IMG/VR virus record: IMGVR_UViG_3300036823_000324
Location: 1-64,000 of that record
Strand: one strand, 5' to 3'
DNA from: a virus
DNA length: 64,000 bases
Below, one piece after another: positions 1 to 7,840 of this stretch; position 1 is the first letter of the stretch; each line of letters opens with the position of its first letter. Both the position numbers and the translations under genes were made by a program. The notes under the pieces are model-generated. The model was not told the DNA's origin and made no database searches. It worked only from the letters and a program-made list of their open reading frames with translations.

Positions 1-557
1 CCGGCCTGTTTCGCCAGGTAGCGGCAACAGGAGAATGCTTCCTGGTCGATCCCGCTCAGATCTCCTGGGGGGAACCCCCCGGAGGGTTCTTCTCCTTCTT
101 TACCTTTGTTCCCTCTTATAGAGGCCTCATCACCATTCGACGGCGCCTCATCACCATTCGACGGCGTGCCCTCATCGTTCGACGGCGCCGTCGAACCCTG
201 CCTCGGCTCCATGAGCCTCCAGAGGTGGGCGCCCTGGCCGCCCTGGGTGTCTTCCTCGACCGCAAGGACCCCGGCGATCTCGAGGTGCTCGGCGTAGCGA
301 CTGATCGAGGCCTCGGAGAGGCCCGATACCAGTGAGATTTCCTTTCGCTTCCACTGACCCCACTTCGAGTGGAAGCCGTCGTGCTCCTCGGTGCTGAGAA
401 GGAACGAGATTCCCATGTAGAGCGCTATCCCCGACTTGAGCTCGCCTTCGTGCGTGGCGAAGTAGACCTGCATCGCCCGCATCGAGTCGTGGGTGACGTA
501 GCTGAACGGCGCCGGGCGATCGTCGCTGATCTTCTGGCCCCGTCGGCTGCGTTTCAT
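1..557 (-). CDS. Phage replication initiator, N-terminal winged HTH (runs off the window)
   Basis: Translated by hand from ATG 557 (ATGA overlap with the HNH stop): MKRSRRGQKISDDRPAPFSYV...RKEISLVSGLSEASISRYAEHLEIAGVLAVE (wHTH), then a linker carrying 21-bp repeats and a purine-rich tract, as in lambda O-like initiators. Not in the ORF track because it has no stop. Confidence 0.7.
   Translation of the reverse strand, partial: MKRSRRGQKISDDRPAPFSYVTHDSMRAMQVYFATHEGELKSGIALYMGISFLLSTEEHDGFHSKWGQWKRKEISLVSGLSEASISRYAEHLEIAGVLAVEEDTQGGQGAHLWRLMEPRQGSTAPSNDEGTPSNGDEAPSNGDEASIRGNKGKEGEEPSGGFPPGDLSGIDQEAFSCCRYLAKQA
124..196. repeat. Iteron-like repeats, probable replication origin
   Basis: gcctcatcaccattcgacggc twice (124-165), a degenerate third copy (166-186) and palindrome gttcgacggcgccgtcgaac (177-196), beside an AT-richer tract at about 88-120. 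Confidence 0.65.
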
Positions 558-997
558 ACTGGCCATGTGGCGACCTCCTCCAGCCTGCGCTGTTCCATCT
601 CGGCCCACTCCGGAGTCGCTTCTTCAGCTGCCATGATTTCGTCGTTGACCCGGATGTAATCGAGCTCGGCGGCGGTGAGCGGACGACTTGGCCGCATCGG
701 GCGCGGCGGGTGGATCTCGTTCCACTCGGGCGCCGGGCAGAGCTGCCAGCCGAGGAAGGCGAGGAGGGTCTTGATCCCCTTGCTTGAGTTGCAGCTGCGG
801 CAGATGCCGGCGTAGTTGGCCCAGTCATCGGGGCCGCCCCAATGTCTCGCGACGATGTGGTCGAGGATCCCGCCACGCCCGCCGCAGTACACGCACGGAT
901 CGGCCTTTAGCGCCGCTTCGTAGTCTTCGGCGAAAAGGCCGCCCTCGGTCCAGTCGTCGAGAACCTCCAACGTACCCGCCACTCCGTCTCCTTTCAC
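554..997 (-). CDS. HNH endonuclease
   Basis: CVYC...DHIVARHWGG.DDWANYAGICRSCNSSKG; GAAAGGAG RBS. Confidence 0.85.
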   Translation of the reverse strand: MKGDGVAGTLEVLDDWTEGGLFAEDYEAALKADPCVYCGGRGGILDHIVARHWGGPDDWANYAGICRSCNSSKGIKTLLAFLGWQLCPAPEWNEIHPPRPMRPSRPLTAAELDYIRVNDEIMAAEEATPEWAEMEQRRLEEVATWPV

Positions 998-1128
998 TCG
1001 CCGCCGCCGCGGGCACCCTATAGGCGCGAGGCGCTATCAACCTCACCGGACGCCGCAAATGCCGTGGCTTTCAGTTCAAAGTTCCGTCCGATGCCATTTC
1101 CGTCCTCCCGGTTTGCAAGCCTTTTTTC

Positions 1129-1431
1129 GTGATGCAATCCACTTATCCCCTCAAGATCACCGGCACCCTCTCCGCCGACCCCGAGGTGATCCCGCATCCT
1201 CACTCCCCGCACGTCACCTACTGTGCGCTCGTCTTCCTGAATACGGGACCCGGCGGGATCGGCCGTTCCGATGGCCTGTTCGTGTGGTGCGCGCCCGAGG
1301 CGGCGAAGAGGCTCGAAGGGGTTCCCAAGGGATCGAAGGTCGTGCTTCACTGTCGTCTGGACGCCGACGGATTCCGGGCGGGCGGCGCCGATGTGGTCGA
1401 GGAATCTCACACGGTCCTCTCCGGCTGCTAA
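1129..1431 (+). CDS. Divergent SSB-like OB-fold protein
   Basis: ITGTLSADPEV...W..EAAKRLEGVPKGSKVVLHCRL resembles the SSB pattern GNLxxDPE...KGxxVxVxGRL. Confidence 0.5.
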   Translation: MMQSTYPLKITGTLSADPEVIPHPHSPHVTYCALVFLNTGPGGIGRSDGLFVWCAPEAAKRLEGVPKGSKVVLHCRLDADGFRAGGADVVEESHTVLSGC

Positions 1432-1464
1432 AACTCCCCGCGAAATGCCGCCCCGGGGGAGTCA

Positions 1465-1782
1465 TTGAGCGCGACGGTCGTCAAGGCCGTGGCTCGCCGC
1501 ACCGCGCGGGTGCCGGTGGGCCCGAAACTGACGGCGCAGGGCCTACGGAAATTCCTCTCCCGTGAGTCGAACCCGTGCGGCCCCGGGCTGCTGACGCTCC
1601 GGATCCGCGCGGTGGTCGCCGCCGAAAAGCAGGATGAGCCCAAGCTCCTCGCCGGCGCACTCGAGGACCTGGCCGCCGCCTCCGTCGGCTACGCCTACCG
1701 GCTCAGGTCGGAATCGGGCGTCTGGCCCAAAGAATCGATCTGGAAAGAGGCAGTCGAGGCGCCGGTCCGTGTCGGCCGCTGA
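1465..1782 (+). CDS. Hypothetical protein
   Basis: Fits the plus-strand operon; overlaps the next gene. Confidence 0.55.
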   Translation: MSATVVKAVARRTARVPVGPKLTAQGLRKFLSRESNPCGPGLLTLRIRAVVAAEKQDEPKLLAGALEDLAAASVGYAYRLRSESGVWPKESIWKEAVEAPVRVGR

Positions 1783-2485
1783 GGCCGAGGTCCTCGACCC
1801 CGGCGTCAACTTCGTCCGCTGGCAGGCGGGCTATTGCCAGCGTTGCCGGCGGGCGCCTGCCCGCGGCCGGCTGATGCTGATCCACGTGAGGCCGATCGCG
1901 GCCTCCCCCCCTCACTCGCCACGGCGGCAGGTCCACCTACGCGCCGAATGCGCCGACCCGGGTGAGTGCAAGGCCTTCCGTGACGCCGAGCAGACCCGTC
2001 GCGAACTCCGCTCGGGCCCGCTCGAGTGGCGGTGCTCGCGCTTCCGGGCGGCCGGGCGGGGGAACTGCCACTGGTGCGGCGAGCCCATCGTCATCGCCGA
2101 CCCCGACGACTACCGGCGCCGGGCCCGCGCCTATCACCGTGGCGACGAGCACGAGGCGGGCGATCGCAACTGCCAGTCCGAGCAGTACGGCAGCTACACG
2201 ACCGACCCACGGAGGCTGATCCAGCTCCGCGGGGACCCATGCTGCGTCGACTGTGGCGACACGGGCGAGCGGTTCGTCGCGAACGAAGGCGGCGAGGGCG
2301 GCTACTGGTACCAGACGGGCGAGTGGGAAGCCGACCACGACGTGCCGCTGTGGGCAGGCGGCGAGCACTCTGTCACGAACATAGTCCGCCGCTGCGTCGA
2401 CTGCCACAAGAAGAAGACGCAGCGCGAGGCCCGTGAACGCGCCGAGCGGCGCCGCGGCCCGTCTCCCCAAGGGGTGCTGGTGTGA
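1769..2485 (+). CDS. Zn-finger HNH endonuclease
   Basis: CQRC, CHWC, CVDC...EADHDVPLWAGGEHSVTNIVRRCVDCHKKKT; start moved to GTG 1769. Confidence 0.8.
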   Translation: MSAAEAEVLDPGVNFVRWQAGYCQRCRRAPARGRLMLIHVRPIAASPPHSPRRQVHLRAECADPGECKAFRDAEQTRRELRSGPLEWRCSRFRAAGRGNCHWCGEPIVIADPDDYRRRARAYHRGDEHEAGDRNCQSEQYGSYTTDPRRLIQLRGDPCCVDCGDTGERFVANEGGEGGYWYQTGEWEADHDVPLWAGGEHSVTNIVRRCVDCHKKKTQREARERAERRRGPSPQGVLV

Positions 2486-2739
2486 CCCCCGGGCTCGACG
2501 GCGCCGACGGGCTCGAGGCTGTCCCGCGGGAGTTGCCACCGGCGGTCCTGGCACACCTCCGCCGCGGCTGGCACCTGCTGAGGCGCGCCGAACGCGCCCG
2601 GCTGAACTCCAACGACGAACGCAAGGCGAGGAAGGTCGCGATGCAGCACATCGAGGCCGCGGTGGCGCAGACCGCCGCCGCGGGCCTGTCGCTCGACCTG
2701 CTCCCCGCCTGGGTCACCGACAAGCACGGACCCGTCTGA
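2482..2739 (+). CDS. Hypothetical protein
   Basis: GTGA overlap with the HNH gene. Confidence 0.55.
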   Translation: MTPGLDGADGLEAVPRELPPAVLAHLRRGWHLLRRAERARLNSNDERKARKVAMQHIEAAVAQTAAAGLSLDLLPAWVTDKHGPV

Positions 2740-2881
2740 AAGCCGGCCACGCCGGCGGGAATCAGTCCCTCACCCCCCGGCATCATTGGCCGAGATCCCC
2801 GGGACAGGACTCCCAAGACTTACGGCCTCATCCTGTCGGCCAGGTGGTGCTATAGGACCTACGCATACCGGCGTGACCAGC
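2739..2881 (-). ncRNA. Putative structured ncRNA, about 143 nt
   Basis: TAGGCT -10 at 2893-2888; a 14-bp closing stem (GCUGGUCACGCCGG/CCGGCGUGGCCGGC) starts 6 nt later; inner stems UGGCCGA/UCGGCCA and GACAGGA/UCCUGUC. Confidence 0.5.
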
Positions 2882-2896
2882 GGCGGGAGCCTACTA

Positions 2897-3556
2897 CTAC
2901 CGGGCGTCGACGCGCAGGATCTCGGCCTTCAGCGGCTGCCCGTCGAATTCGAGATCGGCGAGCACCCGCGCCGCGGCCTCCCCGGCGCTGCTCGCGTCCA
3001 CGTGCCGGGCCAGCGCGACGATCACGTCGAAGCGACGGAGCACCCCGTCCCAGCCCATCTTGGTCGAGATTTCCTCGTGGACCTGCAGGGTGGGTGCCGA
3101 CAGCCCCTTCAGCCAGTCGCCGTAGGTGCCGACCGAGACGCCCAGCTCGGAGGCCATCTGTCGTTTCGTCCAGCGCCGCGCCGACCGCTCGCCCTCGAGC
3201 CGCTCGCCGAGGTCGGCGCGGCGGCGCGGCGCGATCGCCGGATCCTGGATGTGGCGGATCCGCGTCCCCTCCGGCCAGATGTCGAGGTGGGTCGGGCGCA
3301 CACAGCCGCGCGGCCCGCCGGCGCACATGTGGCCGACCTCCATCTCGGGCGGCACGTCGCCGAAGGCGGCCTCGAAGAAGGCCAGGAAGGGACCGAAGCC
3401 GGTCGACGCCCGCTCTTCGGCGATCCAGCAGCCGGTCTCCTCCTCTTCGCGGTAGCCGTAGCGGCCGCGGATGGCCGCGGCCGCCTCCTCGGCTGTGCAG
3501 GTGAGGCCTAGGTGGCGCGCGTCGCGGTGCTGCGGGCTCTCGGGCGTCGAGCTCGT
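2897..3556 (-). CDS. HNH-like domain plus XRE HTH protein (start uncertain)
   Basis: GCW...VGHMC....CVRPTHL followed by RRWTKRQMASELGVSVGTYGDWLKG; coding-like frame extends about 65 codons upstream of the first GTG (3355). Confidence 0.6.
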   Translation of the reverse strand, partial: TSSTPESPQHRDARHLGLTCTAEEAAAAIRGRYGYREEEETGCWIAEERASTGFGPFLAFFEAAFGDVPPEMEVGHMCAGGPRGCVRPTHLDIWPEGTRIRHIQDPAIAPRRRADLGERLEGERSARRWTKRQMASELGVSVGTYGDWLKGLSAPTLQVHEEISTKMGWDGVLRRFDVIVALARHVDASSAGEAAARVLADLEFDGQPLKAEILRVDAR

Positions 3557-4113
3557 CGCAGCCTCCCTCGCTGGCGCTCCTGGGCCCGCATCGCGTCGAG
3601 GCGGATGTCGGGCCCGAGGGCGGCGTGGCTCTCGTCGTGCCAGTGGCCGAGACCGGTCGCGGCGATGATCCGTAGCAAGGTTCCATACGGGGGCGCCACC
3701 CTGCCGCTCTCCCAGAGCTGCCAGGAGCGGCCGTTCTCCGCGTAGCCGACCCGCTCGGAGGCCTCGGCACAGGTGAGCCCGTGCACGCGCCTGAAATGCG
3801 TCAGCGCCGCCGGCACGTAGAGACGGTCTTCGGGGTCCGACTGCGGCGCCCGTTTCCTCGTCCGGCCGTCGAGGAGGAGGTGCCGGCGCTCGTCGCGCGT
3901 CAGCTCGCGGCCGAGCTGCTCCTCACGGTCACTGATCAGCCGCTCCCGGGTCTCTCTCCGTTCCCGGCTCCCGGCCTTGCGGCGCTTCTTCAAGCCCTGG
4001 TTCAGCATCACCCGCTGCAGGTCGTCCGGGATCTCCGCCCAGATCGCCGAGGCCTGCGCGATCAGGGTCTGTTCCTCCGGGGTCCGCTCTTTCTTCGGGC
4101 TCGTCGAACTCAT
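3508..4113 (-). CDS. XRE-family HTH protein
   Basis: LTHFRRVHGLTCAEASERVG...SWQLWESGRVAPPYGTLLRI. Confidence 0.7.
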   Translation of the reverse strand: MSSTSPKKERTPEEQTLIAQASAIWAEIPDDLQRVMLNQGLKKRRKAGSRERRETRERLISDREEQLGRELTRDERRHLLLDGRTRKRAPQSDPEDRLYVPAALTHFRRVHGLTCAEASERVGYAENGRSWQLWESGRVAPPYGTLLRIIAATGLGHWHDESHAALGPDIRLDAMRAQERQRGRLRRARRPRARSTATRAT

Positions 4114-4936
4114 CGTCGACCGGGATCTCGGTCGAGGCCGAGTCTACGGGCTCCTCGGTCGCCTCCCCGTCGACGACCACGGCGGCGTGCAGCGCGGCGG
4201 CACCGGCGAGCACGTCCGCGGCCTTCTCGGCCGGCAGCTCCATCAGTTTACGCAGGAGGTCGACCTTGTCGGGCTCGGTGGGGACTGCCTCGCCGCTGCG
4301 GGGGTCGAAGCTGCCGTGCAGCTCGACGCTGAAGTTGCGGTTGGTCTGGTCGACCTTCTGCTCGATCCGGTCCGGCGCCGCCTCGTAGCCTTCGAGGCCG
4401 AGCTTCGATTTCATGTCGAGGGAGGTGTTGGCGGCGTTCATCAGCTGGTCCTGCGCCTGCAGCGTCGTCGGCTGCACCATCCCCATCTCGGCGTCCTGGG
4501 AGAGCGCCCGGGCGAGGTTCATTTCGGCGGCCCGCACGCCGGCTTCGGCGACGTCGAGCTCGAACGGGATCGCCTTCGGCGCGGGGAAACGGCGCCCGAT
4601 CTGGTCCTCGAGGTCCTCGGAGAGGCCGAATCCCGCCATCGCCTCGGGCATGAACTTCTTGCGGTATTCGTCGATCAGGGCGGGAGTCAGCTGCAGTTTC
4701 TCGTGGGCCGTGAAGAGCTCGTGCCTGGTCTCGATCTCGTCGCCGTCGTCGTTGATCTCGGGGGCGCCCTCGAGCGGGTATACCTCCTCGAGCCACAACG
4801 AGATCCAGCTCGCCGACTTGCCGCGCCGCAGCAGCGCCTCGATCTTGTCCCGGTCGGGGTGGTGGCCGATCTTCGAGCGCTCGCGTGCCTCGTCGACCTC
4901 GGACTCCGGCTGATCTCGGACGACGACGTCGGTCAC
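3929..4936 (-). CDS. HTH-containing protein, possibly terminase small subunit
   Basis: HPDRDKIEALLRRGKSASWIS (HTH-like), helical core, DRIEQKVDQ motif, acidic tail; leaderless TATCCT-N8-GTG. Confidence 0.4.
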   Translation of the reverse strand: MTDVVVRDQPESEVDEARERSKIGHHPDRDKIEALLRRGKSASWISLWLEEVYPLEGAPEINDDGDEIETRHELFTAHEKLQLTPALIDEYRKKFMPEAMAGFGLSEDLEDQIGRRFPAPKAIPFELDVAEAGVRAAEMNLARALSQDAEMGMVQPTTLQAQDQLMNAANTSLDMKSKLGLEGYEAAPDRIEQKVDQTNRNFSVELHGSFDPRSGEAVPTEPDKVDLLRKLMELPAEKAADVLAGAAALHAAVVVDGEATEEPVDSASTEIPVDDEFDEPEERADPGGTDPDRAGLGDLGGDPGRPAAGDAEPGLEEAPQGREPGTERDPGAADQ

Positions 4937-4939
4937 GAG

Positions 4940-5020
4940 AGAGAAGGATAACTCCGGCGCCGCGGCATGGCGCCGGAGTCAGTCCCATTCGCGGCCTGCG
5001 AAAGGAGTTAAGCCAGCCGC
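4940..5020 (-). ncRNA. Putative small RNA of about 80 nt with an anti-Shine-Dalgarno loop
   Basis: TAGGAT at 5033-5028; first hairpin starts at 5020 with loop UUAACUCCUUUCG; 12-bp terminator-like hairpin at 4950-4980. Confidence 0.5.
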
Positions 5021-5045
5021 GGCAGGAATCCTATCGTGCGGGGAC

Positions 5046-6032
5046 TCAGGTCGCCGCCGCGCGGACCTCGGGCATATCGCGGATCCGGAGGTCTTCCGGC
5101 AGATCGTCGAGATCGGTGCCCGGGCGGGCGCCCCCGAGCTGCTTCATGAAGAAGAGGGTCCCGCTGCCGTCGTCGTCGGGGATCAGGTCGTTGTCCATGT
5201 AGCCGCCCATCAGCGGGATCGGGAACGTCCCCATGCAGGCGTCGCGGAGGTCCCGGGCCCAGGCGAGGTCCATCGGCCGGTGGTCGGGCCCGGACTCGCC
5301 GCCGCAGATCAGCCAGTCGATGCCCCTGAGGTCGATGTCGGGAGCCAGGCAACGACAGCCGGCGGCGTGCTGGCCTGCCCCTTCCCATGACGGTACGCCG
5401 CAGTCGCAATCACGGTCGCCGACCAGCGGCCCCAGCAGCGGCTCGGCGCTGATGAATCGGACCTGCGCCGGCGTGGCCCGGAGGATGTCGGCGCGGTCGA
5501 CGTGCCTGCGGCTCTCGATCGAGGTGCCGAGCCAGATGTTCTTCGCCCAGATCTCGCTGCTGTCCACGGCCGCCATGCTGATCTGGCGCGCGAGGCGATC
5601 GTCGTCGTCGATTTCTCGCACCTCGTCGCCGACGTCGAGCCAGAACGCGATGTCCCCGAGGAGGTCGCGCATCCGCTCCGGCCGCTTGGTGAGGATCTGG
5701 AAAGTGTGTTGTCTCGCGGTCGCCATGACGGCGAACATCCTCACGATGTATTCGTTCGGGATCTGCTCGTGGAACACGTCGCTCATGCTGTTCACGAACA
5801 CCAGCCGGGGTACGTCGAAGGGCTTACGGCCGCTGAGCGGCTCGAGCAGCTTCTTCGGTTTCAGGATCACGTTCTCGGCCGCATTGCCCGCCGTCCACGG
5901 TTTCACCGTGTGGCCGAATCGGAGGCTCGTCGTCTCCGCGTAGCAGTGTTTACAACCGTCGCTGACGTGCGAGCAGCCGTGCGTCGGATTCCAGCTGACG
6001 TCGGTCCACTCGATCTTCGTCTCCTGCGCCAT
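5046..6032 (-). CDS. DUF5131 / phage Gp37Gp68 family protein
   Basis: TKIEWTD.SWNP..GC..VS.GCKHCYAE, FVNSMSD.FH, FQILTKRP, RFISAEPLLG, W.ICGGESG, FFMKQLGG. Confidence 0.92.
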   Translation of the reverse strand: MAQETKIEWTDVSWNPTHGCSHVSDGCKHCYAETTSLRFGHTVKPWTAGNAAENVILKPKKLLEPLSGRKPFDVPRLVFVNSMSDVFHEQIPNEYIVRMFAVMATARQHTFQILTKRPERMRDLLGDIAFWLDVGDEVREIDDDDRLARQISMAAVDSSEIWAKNIWLGTSIESRRHVDRADILRATPAQVRFISAEPLLGPLVGDRDCDCGVPSWEGAGQHAAGCRCLAPDIDLRGIDWLICGGESGPDHRPMDLAWARDLRDACMGTFPIPLMGGYMDNDLIPDDDGSGTLFFMKQLGGARPGTDLDDLPEDLRIRDMPEVRAAAT

Positions 6033-6238
6033 CAGAGGTCCTCTACCTCGTCGGGTCCTTCCAGCGCGAGCAGGTCAAACGGGATGGTTCCCGCGGGAGC
6101 AGTGAACCGGAGTATCTGTCGCTCCTCCGAAGCCTGCACCACCTCGTCGACTGTTGCGCGTCGCAGCCGATCGCCCCTCTTGAGCGGAGGCGCGCCGTTC
6201 AAGATCACGTCAGCGAGCCAGTGCCATTCTTCGATCAT
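6032..6238 (-). CDS. Hypothetical protein
   Basis: Start and stop both overlap neighbours (translational coupling). Confidence 0.55.
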   Translation of the reverse strand: MIEEWHWLADVILNGAPPLKRGDRLRRATVDEVVQASEERQILRFTAPAGTIPFDLLALEGPDEVEDL

Positions 6239-6657
6239 CGTGCGTCCTCTTTCGCGTCGTGCGGCGGTTGCTGTCCGTCGGGCGCCGGGATCCGCGTGAA
6301 CACCCAGGCCGCCAGCGCCCCGCTGCGGAAGCTCTGGCTGACGGGGTCGTGGCCGGCCTTGTGGACGCGGTAGCGGCCCTGCTCGATCGTGAGCGGTGGG
6401 CCCTCGGCCATCAGCGCGGCGGCGAGCTCGCACTCGAGCAGTTGCTGGTCGATCCGCTCGCGGAGGGGGTGCTGCATGTTCCACGCGTCGTAGCCGATGG
6501 TGACGATGTGCTCCGTCTCCTGGTCGCTGAGGACCTTCGTCGCCGCGGTCGCGTCAGGGCAGTCCTTTGATTCGCAGACGATCGCGCCGTCGCTGTCACG
6601 GAAGAGCGTCTCCCCGCAACCCATCGGACAGAACCCCGCTATCCCCACTTCTTCCAT
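6235..6657 (-). CDS. Zn-binding actinophage-type protein (DUF6085-like)
   Basis: GFCPMGCGETL...C...C.D..A...L...ETEHIV...HPLRERI; GAAAGGAG RBS. Confidence 0.65.
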   Translation of the reverse strand: MEEVGIAGFCPMGCGETLFRDSDGAIVCESKDCPDATAATKVLSDQETEHIVTIGYDAWNMQHPLRERIDQQLLECELAAALMAEGPPLTIEQGRYRVHKAGHDPVSQSFRSGALAAWVFTRIPAPDGQQPPHDAKEDAR

Positions 6658-6835
6658 CGGTGTCTCCTTTCAACTGCAGCTCCTCGGGATCGAGGAAGTT
6701 CGAAAGCTGGATCAGCTCGTCAAGCAGGTCGTGCGCCTCGTGGATCGCGTCCTCGAGGCGGCGGCGTTTCACGTGGCGCGCGACCGCGAGCGCCCCCTTG
6801 TGCGCTTCGTCGAAGTGGCGGTCGAGGTCAGCCAC
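6596..6835 (-). CDS. Hypothetical helical protein
   Basis: ORF track; fits gene packing. Confidence 0.45.
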   Translation of the reverse strand: MADLDRHFDEAHKGALAVARHVKRRRLEDAIHEAHDLLDELIQLSNFLDPEELQLKGDTDGRSGDSGVLSDGLRGDALP

Positions 6836-7027
6836 GGTTGTCGACGTGACCGTGCAGGGGGCAATCCCACCAGGCGAGGAAGCATCGGGCCACCAGGCCG
6901 GGGCATCTGCATGGCTTCGACATCACCGGCCCGAGTTCATAGGGGTTGATCAGCCCGGGCGGGAGATCGCCTTCGACGGTCGGGGGTCCTGGGGCCACTC
7001 CCATACCCTACACCCCTCTAGAACCAC

Positions 7028-7210
7028 TAAAGGCCTCCCTGGGGAGGCCCGCCGTGGGTCACGGGATCGCTCCCGTCTAGATCTCGTCTTGCCCACCAAC
7101 GCCCCCGCAGGTTGTCGACACGAAGCGCCCCCGCAGACCACGCTGAGAACTCGTCTAGACGAGTAGCAGCCCGCCCAATCCCCCGCTACGGGGCGACTAC
7201 GAGATCCAGC
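7028..7210 (-). ncRNA. Putative structured ncRNA, about 180 nt, with terminator
   Basis: TAGGGT at 7222-7217; 11-bp stem 7209-7199 with 7087-7077; internal hairpins; CUGCGGGGGCG twice; ends in GGCCUCCC-CA-GGGAGGCC-UUU. Confidence 0.5.
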
Positions 7211-7228
7211 CCGCGCACCCTACCACGC

Positions 7229-7438
7229 TCAGGCGAGGGCTTTTTCCTCCGCGGCGAGGACCTCGAACTGGCGCTCCACGGCCTCGACACGTGCCCGGTG
7301 GGGGGCGAGTGACTCCTCGGTCGGGTTGTCGCCCGCCTCGGCGACCTTCAGGTCGAGCTCGGCGGCGTACTGTTCGTGCTCGAGCGTCCCGCGCCGCGCC
7401 TTGATCTTCGCCAGCTTCTCCTCTTTGGTCAGGCTCAC
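7229..7438 (-). CDS. Small coiled-coil protein
   Basis: Leaderless TAGACT-N7-GTG; SLTKEEKLAKIKARRGTLEHEQY. Confidence 0.65.
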   Translation of the reverse strand: MSLTKEEKLAKIKARRGTLEHEQYAAELDLKVAEAGDNPTEESLAPHRARVEAVERQFEVLAAEEKALA

Positions 7439-7469
7439 GGTCGGGAGTCTAGCGGCGCCCCGCAGGCAC

Positions 7470-7495
7470 AAAAAAGGGGCGGCCGAGGCCGCCCC
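7470..7495 (-). terminator. Intrinsic terminator
   Basis: GGGGCGGCC-TC-GGCCGCCCC-TTTTTT. Confidence 0.85.
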
Positions 7496-7512
7496 CACCA
7501 GCACGGTCGGAA

Positions 7513-7611
7513 CTACTTTTTCCGACCGCCGGCACGCGCTTTACGGCGCCCACCCCGACGACCCCGTTTGGGGGCGGCGGCGGCTTTACGCCGACGTCTC
7601 GCAGCTGCCAT
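7513..7611 (-). CDS. Protamine-like 32-aa basic peptide
   Basis: MAAARRRRKAAAAPKRGRRGGRRKARAGGRKK (16 of 32 residues R/K); GAAAGGA RBS; own terminator. Confidence 0.7.
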   Translation of the reverse strand: MAAARRRRKAAAAPKRGRRGGRRKARAGGRKK

Positions 7612-7840
7612 CAGCTGTTCCTTTCGATTCGTGGACCCGAGGGCCCAGATCGTCCTACTGGACGACGCCTTGCGGCGGCGCCGGTCGGCTGGCGATGCGA
7701 GCACAAGCCCATCTGCGCGCTCGCAGTCCCGGGGCTAGCCCCGGCATCGCCGCCCGAAGGCGACGAAGGGCCGGAGGGAAGGATGGCCCCCCGGCTTGCA
7801 GCGTCGATTTGATCTCGGCCACTCATGGGCGAGATCGACG

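Noticed and set aside
124-196. Short repeats as a CRISPR array
   Set aside because: No spacers, inside a coding frame, no cas genes.
7620-7840. tRNA, tmRNA or known riboswitch in the hairpin-rich intergenic regions
   Set aside because: No T-loop/CCA cloverleaf, tag frame or aptamer consensus that I could recognise; kept as unclassified RNAs.
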